Below are positions 25,239-39,359 of a stretch of DNA of 64,000 nt, one piece after another. The notes under the pieces are model-generated. The model searched no databases. It saw only the letters and a list, made by a program, of their open reading frames with translations, and was not told the origin of the DNA. This DNA comes from Eledone cirrhosa (lineage: Eukaryota), in assembly GCA_964016885.1 (NCBI GenBank), contig OZ024742.1, forward strand, positions 216,318,001-216,382,000, read 5' to 3'. The translations under genes and the position numbers were made by a program. The first letter of the stretch is position 1. Each line of letters opens with the position of its first letter.

Positions 25239-25480
25239 GTATTACCGTTGAAAATATATAGTATAGTATTACTGTTGAAAGTATATAGTATAGTATTACT
25301 GTTGAAAATATATAGTATAGTATTACTGTTGAAAGTATATAGTATAGTATTACTGTTGAAAATATATAGTATAGTATTACTGTTGAAAGTATATAGTATA
25401 GTATTACTGTTGAAAATATATAGTATAGTATTACTGTTGAATATATATAGTACAGTATTGCTGTTGAAAATATGTATACG
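25239..25480. repeat. 27-bp minisatellite, ~9 units, alternating variants
   Basis: actgttgaaa(a/g)tatatagtatagtatt repeated, with strict a/g alternation over seven units. Confidence 0.95.
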
Positions 25481-25899
25481 AATATATAATTATATATATA
25501 TATATATATATATTTAATTAAAAGTTGGTTAGAAGCGAAGTCAATGCAGACAGGCACCCAAACAGAGAGATATTATAAGGGTGCGACGTTATAGCTATGT
25601 ATCTATCTAAAAAGACAGAGTATGAAAGAGAGAGGAATGTTGTATTAGATATATTATATATAATAAACTACCAGTAATGTACTGGTCTTTGCCAAAAGTA
25701 GAAACAATTCTTTTTTATACAACTGCAAATAACATGTTTATGTATGTATATATACCTATAATATACGTATAAAGGAATGCTGTAATAAGATTTACAAATT
25801 AAACTGTCTCTTATTTATGGTACTAACACTATATATATATATATATATGCCCCAGCATGGCCTCAGCCGGATGGCTGAAACAGGTAAAAGAGTAAAAGA

Positions 25900-25949
<50 letters not shown>

Positions 25950-26059
25950 TATACACTATATATATATATATACACATATTATACACTATATATATATCTA
26001 CACACATTATATATATATATATACACACACTATATATACATATATATATATATACACAC

Positions 26060-26428
26060 ACACAGATTTTCGAAGTCAATGTATACAATGGTTTTCATAA
26101 TGCAGACAATCAGACATGTAGAGACATATTATAAGGGCGCGACGTTATAGCTATGTATCTATCTAAAAAGACAGACTAAGAAAGAGAGAGGAATGTCGTA
26201 TAAGTGACCGCTAACCGGAAGTGATGACATTTGAAAATGTTAAAGAAGTGAATATTTATATAAACAACAAAATATCTTTAATCTTTTAACGAAATTTAGT
26301 AGGCAAAAATACGTCCACTTTCTTACTTGGAAAAAGTTACACCTATGGTGCAAATTTGATGCTGTTTGCTCCAGCCGTTTGGCGAGAAGTTTGTTACATA
26401 CATAGAGCTGTCAGCTTTATTAATATAT
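26060..26428 (-). mobile_element. Non-autonomous Helitron-like element fragment (related piece at 25560-25650)
   Basis: Shares atattataagggcgc..ctaaaaagac/gag with 57030-57080. Has the same caaattt..ccgttt..acatacat..ctttattaatatata end architecture as 57170-57259. Confidence 0.5.
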
Positions 26429-26462
26429 ATATATGTATGTATGTATGTATACGCAAATATAC

Positions 26463-26533
<71 letters not shown>

Positions 26534-26718
26534 CATATGTATATTTGCGTGTGTGAGACAGAGTGTGTGTGTGACTGTATGTGTGTATGTGTTCGTGTGT
26601 CAGTGCAATGATAACCGTTGTAGATGGTATATATTCGTTTCACAACAATAATTCTAGGAGAAAGGGAGCGGGGATAGACAATCACACACACACACACATA
26701 CACACGCAAACACACACA

Positions 26719-26749
<31 letters not shown>

Positions 26750-26915
26750 GCGCGCAGAGAGAGAGAGAGAATTTGCTGATATCGATTAAATTGGTTTCTG
26801 TATATTACTCGAGGGTCTCTATGGATATCCACATATGCAATTCTCTTCTAATGGACAACTACCTCTTTGTTAGGAAGACAGATATCAAGTTCACATTACT
26901 TTTAGGTCTTCTTTA

Positions 26916-27087
26916 AATAATTGTTTCTACTTTTGGCACAAGGCCAGCAATTATTCCAGTGCATTACTGGTACTTTATTTTATCGACCCCGTAAGGATGA
27001 AAGGCAAAGTTAACCTCGGCGGGATTTGAACTCAGATCATAAAGGGAGGTAACTCTATGCTTCAAAGCATGGCGTCCGACCCTTACC
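26916..27087 (-). mobile_element. tRNA-derived SINE
   Basis: Reverse complement of the family at 16574. Confidence 0.88.
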
Positions 27088-28016
27088 ATTGTTTTAAGAC
27101 TTCATTTCAAATACCCTCCAACACTCTTTAAAACAGTGATTTAATATGAAGAAAAACTATAGAAAAGTGTTTGGGGGTTATTATTTTGTATGATGAAGGT
27201 GATGGTGAAAAGCCAAAATTGTAAAACACGGTACGCTTATGTCGTCTTTGACATTAATCGCGTCTGGTGTGAATAAAACAAGATAAAAAAAACTCTTCAA
27301 TCAACTTTTCAATTGACTGTTCACTTTGTACAACTTTTTGCCATTATGAGAAACTATTATTCCTTTTTATAAAGAATATGAAATACCCAGTGAACAGAAA
27401 ATCCTTTCCCGTTTCAAATTCTACACATAATGATATTTGCCTCTCATCTTCTGAGCTCAACAAAGGAAGACATTCCAATGTTTCAGAGTATATATGAACC
27501 TTTAGGCGCTGTCTCGGTGTGTTAAATTGCACTCAAACCACTCCCTGGCATTTAAAAAAAATAGGGATAGCGTGTAGACAATCTACTTTGTGATATACAT
27601 AAAATACAGGATAGTGATGGTTGATATGATCAAAATATTATTGCCGACAAACTGTAACACTCTCATCATTTAAAATGTGTTTCCAAACATTTCAATGACA
27701 TTATAAATGATTTTGCTGAAGGAAAATCATAAACGCGACAACATATCTTTCATCCACACTCCCGTCAACGTCAGCTCTTCATTTATCTCTCATTTTCCCT
27801 TTTAATTAATCATTGGAGGAGAAGTAATACCCTTTCTTTGAGTGCGATATCTCCCCTCAACTTATATATGCATGTATGTGTGTATGTGTGTATATATATA
27901 TATAGATATGTATGTGTGTATATAAATATGTATGTATGTATATACATACATATATATACACATATATATATGTATACATATATATATTTTATATATCTAT
28001 ATATATATATATATAT

Positions 28017-28600
28017 ACTAGCAGAGGTACCCGGCGTTGCTCGGCTATTCAATAGCAGTTGTGTATAACATCTATGTCAATACGTCAGTGCTGCTTCGAA
28101 AACTATACTTTTACAAAATTATCGACTTTTTCCAAAAGGGAGTTCCTTCCCCCAGGGGTTCCCTACTCAATATATGCCAATTCTGAGAGTTCACATTCAT
28201 CTGTAGGACAAACGTAGCCCATGTGACAAGTTTTGTGAAAATCGGTTGCGAACTCCAAAAGTTATGACGCTTTGTTGCATTGCACTGCAGTGCTTGACTC
28301 GACTCCAAGGAAGTGGTTAAAGGGGGGTTATCTGCCGGGAGACATATAATCAATATCTGGAAAAATGAAAGTGCCCATGACTATCCGGAGTACATAAGTA
28401 ACCTATGTCTTAAGTTTGGTGAAAATACTGTAGAAATGCATAAGGTTTATACACGCGCGCGCGCGTGTGTGGCTGTGGGTGTGTATGTATTTGTGTGAGC
28501 GTATGTATGTGTATGTCCGTCGGGGCATACGTATGTACTGGCCCAAATCTTCACTATTTACTTTTACTATTTTAATAACCCTTGTCATTTTCGTTTTCAA
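28017..28600 (-). mobile_element. Non-autonomous Helitron-like element; 3' end at 28017, other boundary approximate
   Basis: rc 3' terminus: hairpin ccgagcaacgccggg followed by ...CTAG|T. The same terminus occurs at 56837. Confidence 0.65.
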
Positions 28601-28654
28601 TTTTATTTACATCATTCTTAAACTCCGGGGCTGAAAATCATTCTGTTATGTTAA

Positions 28655-28880
28655 ATAGAATATTAGTCTAACGACTCCATTTATACTATAAACTTGGACT
28701 TGTCTTTGCATGAAATTGTTCTTCTCGATCCACATAACGACGTATTATCCTCGCTTTTTTTCCGTTCATTGTCAGAGAACGTCTTCACGAACCAAAATAT
28801 CGTCTTCCTGTTTTCCTTCGGTTGCAACGTTTCTCGAAGTATTTACTTCTGCGTTCACAGATTACTCTCAGTTCAATTTG
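28655..28880. repeat. Dispersed repeat, second copy at 42495-42800
   Basis: Shared blocks acgaaccaaa.tatcgtcttcctgt..cggttgcaacgttt..ttctgcgtt.acagatt. Confidence 0.75.
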
Positions 28881-29474
28881 AATGGGAAATTCCTGTTTCA
28901 TCTATTTTCCCCGTAACCATGAAAGCTTGTAGCTTGAAAGTCAACCCAACCCCTCCTCAGGTCATTCTGCATAACTGTGTAAATTTTCGCTGCATTCCAC
29001 CAAGCCATTTCGACGTTTATCTGACTACACCTACATATACAACGTCCGACCACTTCCAATTTATATAGTAGATATATACACATAGATACACAGACACACA
29101 CATGCCCCCCCCCCCCATATATATATATATATATATATATATGACTCTCCAAATTTGTTGAAACCAATAGAGTTTACGTTCAGTGTGAATGTCTATGGAA
29201 AATAAATATTGGCAAATAAATATTGTTAGGATAAGGGAGATTTAGCATGGTCACTCGACCTGCTAGAAAAATCAAATTGTGGGTTTGGCCGAGCATGGTT
29301 TCACTACTACAACAAAATATAAAACACAAACAACAATATGTGCGCGGAGAAATTTTCTGGAATGTCGTAGACCTGAGATGAAATGATTGGAGAAAATGTA
29401 TAATCGCTGCATCTGTTCTGGTAAAACGACGGAGAGGCATATACACATCTCGTATATAGGGAGCGAGGAAAATA

Positions 29475-29477
29475 AAT

Positions 29478-29512
<35 letters not shown>

Positions 29513-29513
29513 C

Positions 29514-29546
<33 letters not shown>

Positions 29547-29626
29547 CAGCAGCAGCAGTAGCAGCTGTAGTAGTAGTAGTAGTAGTAGTGGTGTTGTTGG
29601 TGGTGGTAGTGGTGGTGGTGGTAGTG
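29475..29626. repeat. Compound (GTA)n(GCA)n(GTG)n microsatellite
   Basis: Directly visible. Confidence 0.95.
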
Positions 29627-31022
29627 TTATAGAGTAGGCTTAGTAAGCCAGTGATTTTTAGCATGCTGGTGAGTGAGTCTTTGCCAGTCAGTCGAATGAC
29701 CTCGTTCTAGATGCGGTCTAGATTTGTTTAGTCAAGTAGAAATCAATATTATCCATTGATCGATAAAATCGATATCATGTCCTTCCGGGAAAATTGACCA
29801 AATATTCACTCAAATATAGCAATAAAATAGCACGAACGTGAATATGAGTGTTTATTCATAAATAATTGTCAGATTTATACCAATTAATTAGGATCACGAT
29901 GGACATAAGGACATTTTTTAAGATAGGTTATCTAACTGTAGCAACAGTTTTATGGCTCAAATTATACTGGAATCAAGTATCCAAAGAATTTAGTGTTCAT
30001 CTTGTTCTTTAGACATGTGTCAGTCCGGATCGAGTATGTATATAATTCAAAGATGTCCCAGTCCTAGCATTTTCTGCTCTCTGAGTTCGAATCACTCCGA
30101 TAAGCTTGCGTTCCAGCCAATCAGAGAGGATAAATGAAATATTTCTAAAGTGCAGCGGGATTTTGGAACTATTAGAACGTCGAATGATATCTGTTGAATA
30201 TATTTTATGGGTGCTAATATCTAAATTCAAATCTTGCCTAGTTGGCCAATGTAGACAAGTAGACATAAAAACAGCGCATATGTAAACCGGAAACGGCGAA
30301 ATTTGGTTGATATTTAGCAAATTATCGACCACTGCTCAATAGAAAATAATCAAGGGTAGTAGTAATATGAATATCACTTGTTATTTTTTCAGTAAGTTAA
30401 ACTAACCTTGAGACATGTTCTCGAAAATTCGGCGTTTTAGAAGTAGCAGACAAATTGTAACAAATGACTTTTGAATTGTATTTGTGTTTCAAAAGAACAC
30501 ATTTGCTGATGTAGTCCTAGTTATATAAAAATATTGAATGACTATGAATTAAATTCGTGTAAACATAGATCTACAGAGCAGGGAATGATATGGGCTAAAG
30601 CGCATATATTTTATATATACACTTGACCACCTGTGACCCGTTGGGTCACGTTCACTTCAAAATATTTTTTAAAAATAATTTTCACTTAGAAATAATTTTT
30701 GAATAATTGAAATATATACAGACATGTATATAATGTGAAATGAAACTAGATATATATACGTGTGTGTATAAATGTGTGTGAATACATATATATATATATG
30801 TGTGTCTGTGATCTATATACACATGGTCATAGTCACACACACATATATACAAATACACACATATGTATATACACACATATACACTTACATATATATTATA
30901 TATATACATATATATATACACACAGCAACACCACCGGCTCTATCTCTCTCTCTCTTCCATACTCCTTCTCTCTCTCCTCTCCCCCCTCTATGTCTCTCTC
31001 TTTCAATCTCCACTCTTACAAC

Positions 31023-31099
<77 letters not shown>

Positions 31100-31109
31100 T
31101 GTCTATCTG

Positions 31110-31300
31110 TTTTAGGGAGGTACTTGGAAAACCCATAGCTTGGGAACCCGGACTCCGATTTACTCGAAACTTGTTTTATTCCATTTGTAACCCCATTTCA
31201 GGATCAACTTCCTTTCAAAGTATTTTCTCATTATGCGCCCGTTTGGCTGTTTTACATTAGGGACAAGCAAGCAATCGCAGCCTTTTAGTAGTATATAGAT
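31110..31300 (-). repeat. Dispersed repeat (oppositely oriented copy at 35090-35285), possibly a Helitron-like 5' end
   Basis: Shared cgatttac.cgaaac.tgttttattccatttgta..cccatttcagg. Both copies start tctatatactactaaa. Confidence 0.6.
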
Positions 31301-31770
31301 AGGAAGATATATATATATGTGTGTGTGTGTATGTGTGTGCGTGTGTATGTGTGTGTTCTCGCGTCTGTGTGTGTAAGTGTATCTGTGAGTGTGAGTGGGT
31401 GGAATTTTGTATATGTGAAAACCACAGCGATTTTTCTATCATCGACTAAAACAACTTGGCCAATGTGGCAAGGATACTTCTTGCCTCGTACAACATGCTA
31501 TATGGTCAAGGAGACGTTTAGATGTTCCACTGTACCGTACCGGCAGTGAATATTGTTCGGAAACTTGAATTATTATCATGGCAGCAACGTGGGCATTAAA
31601 TTTATGTGTTATTCATATGTGTCTATCTATTTGATCGTTTATATATCCTAGGTTTTAATATATCCCATTATAGTGTTGTCCCACATATTTAATTAAGAAT
31701 GAGTGAACTCCATATATCCTGAAGTCATATATATATAACTTGTTTTGTATGAGCGAATGCGCCTTTGTAG

Positions 31771-31897
31771 CAACTTTTGATTTTTATCCTTACGGGCTCG
31801 ATAAAATTAAGTACCAGCAACGCACTGGGTTCGATTTAATCGACTTTCCACATCCCTTTAAATTTCTAACCTTGAACCAAATGTAAAACAATTATTA
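31771..31897 (+). mobile_element. SINE 3' part, longer and older subfamily
   Basis: atccttacgggctcgataaaattaagtaccag..cactggg..cgatttaatcgact..aaacaattatt. Confidence 0.7.
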
Positions 31898-33101
31898 TGT
31901 TTTGTTGGGAACGTTGGTGTATAATACATCCCTGGAAAAAAAGTTTGATTTACCACGTTGTAGTTTCTGATGAAAAGGTTTATTTTATTCATGTGCTTAT
32001 AGAAGTCTTTGAAACATTACAGTTTATATCTCATTTACATATGAGCGGCAGCATTGTGGTTATTAATAATTGAAGATAGTTTTATCTTTTAAGATCGCAA
32101 ACAGAGTTACTATCTAGAAGCAACATATATGCCCCCAAGAATGTTAATATATCTTTCGAAATAAACACCTTAGTGTTAAATAGAAAGAAACCGAAAATAG
32201 AAGAAAATAGAGTCGAACAAATAATTCAGTGGATATTTACAGTTTAAGAAACGAAAGAATAGCAACATTTTGAATGACGTTAACAGAAATGTTAATACAA
32301 ATAGTAATAATTTTATTAGAATTGTCGACAGATATAGGTGAACTATCAAGTAAATAACATGGGAGCCGTGTATTACAAGCGCCAATGACTTCTTGACTAA
32401 GGAAACATATCTAAACGCAGATTTTATTAAAGAAGAAAACGATAAAGGTTAAGAAGTGTTAATTGGTATTGAATTCCAAACGATCAAAGGCAATCTGGCA
32501 TTCGACTATATCTAAACCCAGAAAAAGTATGACACGTAACCAAATATGATAAATCCTTTTACTGTACGCTCATCGTCAGAATCGGCAATGTATTTTATCA
32601 TCACAATGTGCCCAATCTACTTGCAAGAAATAGCAGCAAAATTGTCTACAAATCCCATCCTGTTCTCCTTTTAAATAGAAAACTTGGATAAAGCTATCCA
32701 TGGTATAATATTTGAAAAGAATCGAGATAGTCAACACTGAGTTGCCCTATATTGTCATCCATTCCATTACGGGATATCTGGGTTTTGACGACAAGTAAGT
32801 CCCTATGTTTTCTCACACGCTTTACCCGTCTTGACATCCAGATTATGTCAGACGCTATGCAGTCTCTGCAATTCACTCATCATTTATCGTATGAAATCAA
32901 TTCAACTTTAAACATATTGATAGCATACACTTCTTTACCTTGTTTTAACAATCATAACTAAAGCCATGCTACAGGAGGGTTTTGTGGTAGATACGTAAAC
33001 AAGCAATAACTGAGACTCATTTGAAAGTAAAAGCGATTGTCAGAGAAATTCTAAGAAATACAGAAATAAAGCCAATTAACAAAGAAGCCATTTCAGTATG
33101 G

Positions 33102-34050
33102 TATACATACAGTGGGTGCCAATTCGTTTTCGAGTACGGCCACTACTTTATATCCATGTAGGAGAACCCCTACCGATGCGCTGAACGAGTGTGACTTTTT
33201 AGTCCAGCCAGCGACTTGAAAACTCTGGTACAAACACTACACTTGTGACAATTATTGTCAGATAGTGCTGGGCCCATGGTACCATGTAACGACAAGTGCA
33301 GAGAGATCTCCAAATATAAAGCAATGCCTATGCCGTGAAGCTTTTATAGTGAGCAAAGGCACTGCACAAAGCCAGTCCCACTCTCTTAACCAATATGATA
33401 TTTACCAAAATATACATACATACATACATACATAAATACATGGTGGCTGCCAACTCGTTTTCGAGTACGGCCACTACTTTATATCCATGTAGGAGAACCC
33501 CTACCGATGCGCTGAACGAGTGTGACTTTTTAGTCCAGTCAGCGACTTGAAAACTCTGGTACAAACACTACACTTGTGACAATTATTGACACATAGTGCT
33601 GGGCCCATGGTACCATGTGACGGCAAGTGCAGAGAGATCTCCAGATATAAAGCAATGCCTGTGCCGTGAAGCTTTTATAGTGAGCAAAGGCACTGCACAA
33701 AGCCAGTCCCACTCTCTTAACCAAGATGATATTTACCAAAAAGAAGAACAAGTCAACATCATTGGATACCATCAGGGTTGCAGGTGTTATATCAGAGTTT
33801 TCCTTCTCCTAGAATTCTGCCTTGACAAAGGCTAAGGGGTCATCTCTCCCAGTGATTTTGGATGGCCATTGACTCTTAAGAGCTCCTTTGCCCTTTGACA
33901 GGTTTTGTTTTTAGTCCTGCAGGATGTCCAAAGTCACCCTCCTCACCAAGAAACCTTAGTGGGGTTGCCAGTTTAGTCGCCAACGACCCGACCATGAGAC
34001 AGGTTGTACTGGGATACATGTTACCAGTAGCACCAAGTGGTGACCTGACA
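33102..34050 (-). mobile_element. Bipartite RTE-derived non-autonomous retroelement: full ~640-bp copy (33411-34050) plus tandem 5'-truncated copy (33102-33410)
   Basis: The 5' part contains ctaggagaaggaaaactctga (RTE 5'-UTR/Ceph-domain-like, from memory). The 3' part encodes the C2H2 finger CSVCTRVFKSLTGLKSHTRSAH*. (TATG)n tail; acataaatacat on both sides. Confidence 0.75.
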
Positions 34051-35389
34051 TAAATACATACATACATATATAAATACATATATACATACATATATACGTG
34101 TGTGTGTGTGTGTGTGCGTGAGCGTCTGTATTTTTCTGTGCATCAATCTAACTGTCCCCCTCTCTATCCAGAAGGTGAAGAGAAATGATTTATACTAATT
34201 TAACTGGCACTCCTCACTTCTCAACTCTTCTCGTGTATTATATTGTTCAGTATTATGAAAGCATGCGCCTTGTTACAGGCAGTTTGATAATGATAAAGAT
34301 CTTAAAACAAACGAAATACGCCTCACCGACCATAATTCTAATGCGTAGACATTAGTATGAAAAGTAAACAGTAATAGTTTTTACTAATTGATATTTTTTT
34401 TATAAATGTGTTACTTTAGTTTAGTACACTGCGCTCTCTCTCTCTCTCTGTTCACATAAACTTACATTCTGCATTTTACAGATTGTCATAATTGTCATTT
34501 TTACGTTGTTTGCTTTTCAGTCTTCCACATTTGATGTCATGTACTGAGCGAGTTAATCAATTAACTACAACTTCCCAATTTATAGCCTAGCGCCTATGTG
34601 ATATTTTATTATCGTTATTGTATTTAGAGCTTCGAAGAAAATTCGTTGCGGGATTTGGATTCGAATTTTCAGTTAGCGCCTAAAGTTGACTTTGCATTTC
34701 AGCCTTACGTGGCCAACAATCTAATGAATAGATCAAGAACGGGTGTAGACCTCCATGTACGAACCAAATCTAACTTCAGCCTGATTTAATCTAATGTAAA
34801 GGAAAGAAAATAAATAGGTCAAGGTATTCTATCTACCATTCTATCGATTCTGCTAATCCAACAAACACATCGGGATAATAACTTTTAATGTGGGAAAACC
34901 CTTTTCGTATTTTAGGGAGTTAGATTGAACATGAGACGAGTAATTGACTGGTATTTATTTTAACATCCCTCATCATGATTAGTATTTAAAAAATGTAAAC
35001 AGCCAGTATCTGTAAGTCGTACTTCTCCACGGCAAACACATATTTACTTATTTGTCAATATTGTGTCGTATTACAATTCAAATGGCACAATCTATATACT
35101 ACTAAAGCTCTGTGCTGATGTACTTCTCTGTAATTTAATACAGCCAAAAAAGGGCATAATGGCAAAATACGTTCAATGGAAGTTGTACCTGAAATGGGAA
35201 TACAAATGGAATAAAACAGGTTTCGCGTAAATCGCAACATGGGTTACCGAGATACGGGTTTTTTCCGGGTACCTTCATAAATAAAGAGAGATAAATATAG
35301 AGAAAGACTCTGTACGTATTTTATACAACCTTATAGTTACTTCTTACTTGTGATATATATGAATGTATGCATATATTATGTATGTATGT

Positions 35390-36332
35390 AACATGGTAAT
35401 ATGTAACCCAGTACAACCTGTCGCATGGTCGGGACGTCGGCAACTAAACTGGCAACCTCACCAAGCTTTCTTCGTGAGGAGGGTGATTTAGGACACCCTG
35501 CAGGCCAAAAAATAAAACCTGACAAAGGGCGGAAGAACTCATAAGTGTCAACGGCCATCCAAAAATGTGTAAATCTGTATATACATATATGCATGTGTAT
35601 ATATGTATATATGTATGTATGCAAGTATACATATGTATGCAAGTATACATATGCGCGGGGACATAGAAATAATCGGGTTGGATAACCAATCGTGCGGTTA
35701 AACCACTGGGAGTGAAGGACCCCTAGCCTTTGTCAGGGCATTCTTCGAGTCTCTAGTAAGCTTGTAAAGCCATATCCGAGCGTCACACATCTCAATCTGA
35801 CAAACGATTACAGAGTTAGAAGAGTTTGCAGCCATCATGTATGTAACCCAGTAAAGACTGTGCAAGGTCGGGTCATCTAGCGACCCCACCAATCTTGTTT
35901 GGTGAGGAGGGTGATTTTCGACATCCTGCGGGATGTAAAATAAAGCCCACCAAAGGGCGGAAGAACCCACCAGGTTCAACGGCAATCCAATAAAGTTTTT
36001 TTTTTGTACAACGAGAGACTCCTAGCCGTCATTAAGACAATCTGATATAAAACCTGTGACTTTGTTTGCATCGAATGATGTAGACCAGTTCTCCTTTTTC
36101 AGCAAATGCATTCAATGTTCAGAGTGTGGGATTGACCTTGTGCAAAGCCTTTCCTCACTTAAACAAGCTTCAAGCACAGGCATGCTTAATATGTTACGTT
36201 TTTTTGAGAGGCATAGTATTGTTGGACATAGCCAGGTCTGTCCCTAGCAGCACTAAAAAGCCTCGTTCTTGCTTAAGAATGAAGTGATGTCATTACTGGA
36301 AATCAAGTTGCAGACATCATCATCATCATTAT
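35390..36332 (+). mobile_element. Two further tandem, diverged copies of the bipartite RTE-derived element
   Basis: Copies at 35390-35845 (interrupted, internally deleted) and 35840-36332 ((CAT)n tail). They share aacccagta..ggtcgg..gtgaggagggtga..cctgc..aaagggcggaagaac. Confidence 0.7.
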
Positions 36333-36335
36333 TAC

Positions 36336-36375
<40 letters not shown>

Positions 36376-36384
36376 TAATACACT

Positions 36385-36460
<76 letters not shown>

Positions 36461-36465
<5 letters not shown>

Positions 36466-36635
36466 ATATTAAATAAATGGAAACTATATTTATAAAACCA
36501 TATGTATTCTATTATATATATTTCAAGGGTACAAAAACTTTCGTACGCTTTCATCAGATAAAATACAAAGTTTGTTTTATAAATTTTGATATAACCAAGA
36601 AAAATACCTTAGTGGTTCAAGTCTTCCTTGAACCG

Positions 36636-36679
<44 letters not shown>

Positions 36680-37114
36680 GAAGTTCTATTTAAATTGTTG
36701 GGATACAACAAGCAAATATTTTTATAACTGATATAAAGAACTCAACAAATTATTGGAGTAAAAATACGATATATTAACAAATGGAAACTATATTTATAAA
36801 ACTATATTTATTTCATTATACATATTTCAAGGACACCAAGTTAAATTATGGTGTGCTTTCATCAGATAAAATATAATATAGATCAGTTTTATAAATAAAT
36901 ATTGACATACCCTTAAACAATGCGACCATTTCTGTTGGAGCTTCCAACAGAAATGGTCGCATTCTTTAAGGGTATCTCAATATTTATTTATAAAACTGAT
37001 CTATATTATATTTTATCTGATGAAAGCACACCATAATTTAACTTGGTGTCCTTGAAATATGTATAATGAAATAAATATGGTTTTATAAATATAGTTTCCA
37101 TTTGTTAATATATC

Positions 37115-37209
<95 letters not shown>

Positions 37210-37350
37210 CAATGATATTAAATAAATGGAAACAATATTTATAAAACCATATTTATTATATTATATATATTTCAAGGGTACCAAAAATGTTGGTACGCTA
37301 TCATCAGATAAAATACAAAATGTTATATAAATATTTGACATAACGGTTCA
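36461..37350. mobile_element. Cluster of four HHR-bearing PLE 3'-end remnants in (TA)n, including a ~350-bp palindrome (36765-37117)
   Basis: HHRs at 36503-36567 (-), 36808-36874 (-), 37008-37073 (+) and 37252-37316 (-). Consensus: attttat-CTGATGA-aagc[stem]cctt-GAAAT-at(g/a)t-ATA-atraaata. Confidence 0.85.
37008..37073 (+). ncRNA. Type I hammerhead ribozyme (representative of a six-copy family)
   Basis: tattttat-CTGATGA-aag c acacca..tggtgt c ctt-GAAAT-atgt-ATA-atgaaata. Confidence 0.85.
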
Positions 37351-38164
37351 AGTTATCCCTGGAAAGTGAAGGGAAGAAAGAAGAAAACACAGATATTTAA
37401 AATTATTAATATGAGTATGCAAATGATGTGTATATTAAAGGGCTGAAAAAACGTTATTTTTGACGCTATGAAAAGTTTAATATTTATGATAAGGAAGGAA
37501 GAGAAAGAGAAAAGAATAACGTTAATTTATGGGAAAAGATTTTTATTACCTATATTATGAGTTATAAAATTATATGAAGAATTATGGTTGTAAGTATTTG
37601 TATCTTATTACATTAGGATAGTTTATATGTATATAAATATCTATATATATATTAAGTTGCATATGCATTGATTGTTTATATAAACAAATATGTGTTACGA
37701 AGGATGTTGAACATTTTATTTTCAAGTTGTGAGATTAGAATAATTTGTGGATTCAAAAACATTTTCAACGTTGAGAATGTTTTCAGAATATTGTTAATTT
37801 AACGAATCTAAATTATGAAACTAAATTTGTTAAAGAAGAAGGAAAAGGAAGACCACTTGAACGTTAATTTAGGGAAATTATATTCAGACATTTTTCTATA
37901 TTTATATGGAGAATTATTTATCTTATTATAATAATATATAAATATCTATATATATATTTTAATAATAGCATATGTGTTTTTTTATTAAAAGGATAGTTTG
38001 TTTATAATATGAGTTAAAAGGGATATTGATTTATAAATGAATAAACAAAATAAATAGGTGTTTGTTCCTAATATAAGTTACTATGGATGTTGATTTTATC
38101 TAAATAAATAGGTAGTTACAATTTAACGGAGCTATGTATAAATAGATTTTATGATTGAATGATT

Positions 38165-38430
38165 TTTATCATTGAATACTTACTCCAGAAAACTGTCGAG
38201 TGCTCTGAATCAGTTGTAAACATCTATATTTATTGTATTTCCAACACATTAAACATCTCTTATATATATATTATAACGAAGAATTGTGGTAAGGAACCAG
38301 ATGGACCATAACGCACCAGAGTACTCAATACTTAGGGTAGTAGAGTGGGTAATAGGATATACATTTTAATATATTCCAGAATTAGCCGTCGAAACGGCTT
38401 GAGCTCTGCCGTCGGGGTCATACCTTTTCC

Positions 38431-38498
<68 letters not shown>

Positions 38499-38618
38499 AA
38501 AGTTCTATTTAAATTGTTGGGAAACAACAAGCAAATATTTTTATAACTGATATAAAGCACTCAACAAATAATTGGAGTAAAAATACGATATTAACAAATG
38601 GAAACTATATTTATAAAA

Positions 38619-38625
<7 letters not shown>
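38165..38625. mobile_element. Further PLE-end remnants: tails of the six-copy family (38165-38262, 38495-38625) and a half-HHR element (38272-38435)
   Basis: The tails match 36678-36800 and 61713-61805. 38272-38435 is a rearranged copy of 50245-50435. Confidence 0.7.
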
Positions 38626-38683
<58 letters not shown>

Positions 38684-38822
38684 CTTGTGTGCCGAAATTA
38701 TTCTCGATCATGGTTTTATATTTAGATAATCAATCGGAACCGTTCTTCCTACACATAGTGCGCCTATACATGAACAGACTCCCATATATAAACGTATACA
38801 TACATACATGTGTACATAAATA

Positions 38823-38861
<39 letters not shown>

Positions 38862-39111
38862 GTTTGTGTGTGTGTTTTTGTGTGCGTGTGTGTGTATATT
38901 ATAAATATACAGACGCACAATGTTCTGCAAATAAACACATGTACACACAAACACAAATCTATATCTTGAAAATAAAACATTTGTTAATCCATTCTTAATT
39001 TCGATATGATTAATCGGATTCTACATTCATTTTCATTTTACATTAAACACGTATGCAAACAAATCATATATTTTGTATCCTGCATCATTTGCTCTCCTTC
39101 CAAATCTCCTC

Positions 39112-39192
<81 letters not shown>

Positions 39193-39359
39193 CCTCTCTA
39201 GCGCTCTCTCTCTCTCTCTTTCTAGCTCTCTCTCTCTCCTTTTTTCTTTCACAAACACAAATCGTGTTTGTGTATGTGTCTGTGTCTGTGTGTGTGTTTG
39301 TAGCTGTCAGTACCTCTGTATCTGTGTGTGTATATCTATATAGAGACATGTTTAATTAT

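Noticed and set aside
25239-25480. CRISPR-like array
   Set aside because: There are no unique spacers; it is a plain minisatellite in a eukaryotic context.
33900-34046. HDV-like ribozyme at the 5' end of the bipartite RTE element
   Set aside because: A P1-like helix with a G-U pair and CTAA words is present, but I could not build P3/L3 and P1.1 in the correct order. Kept only as a structured RNA.
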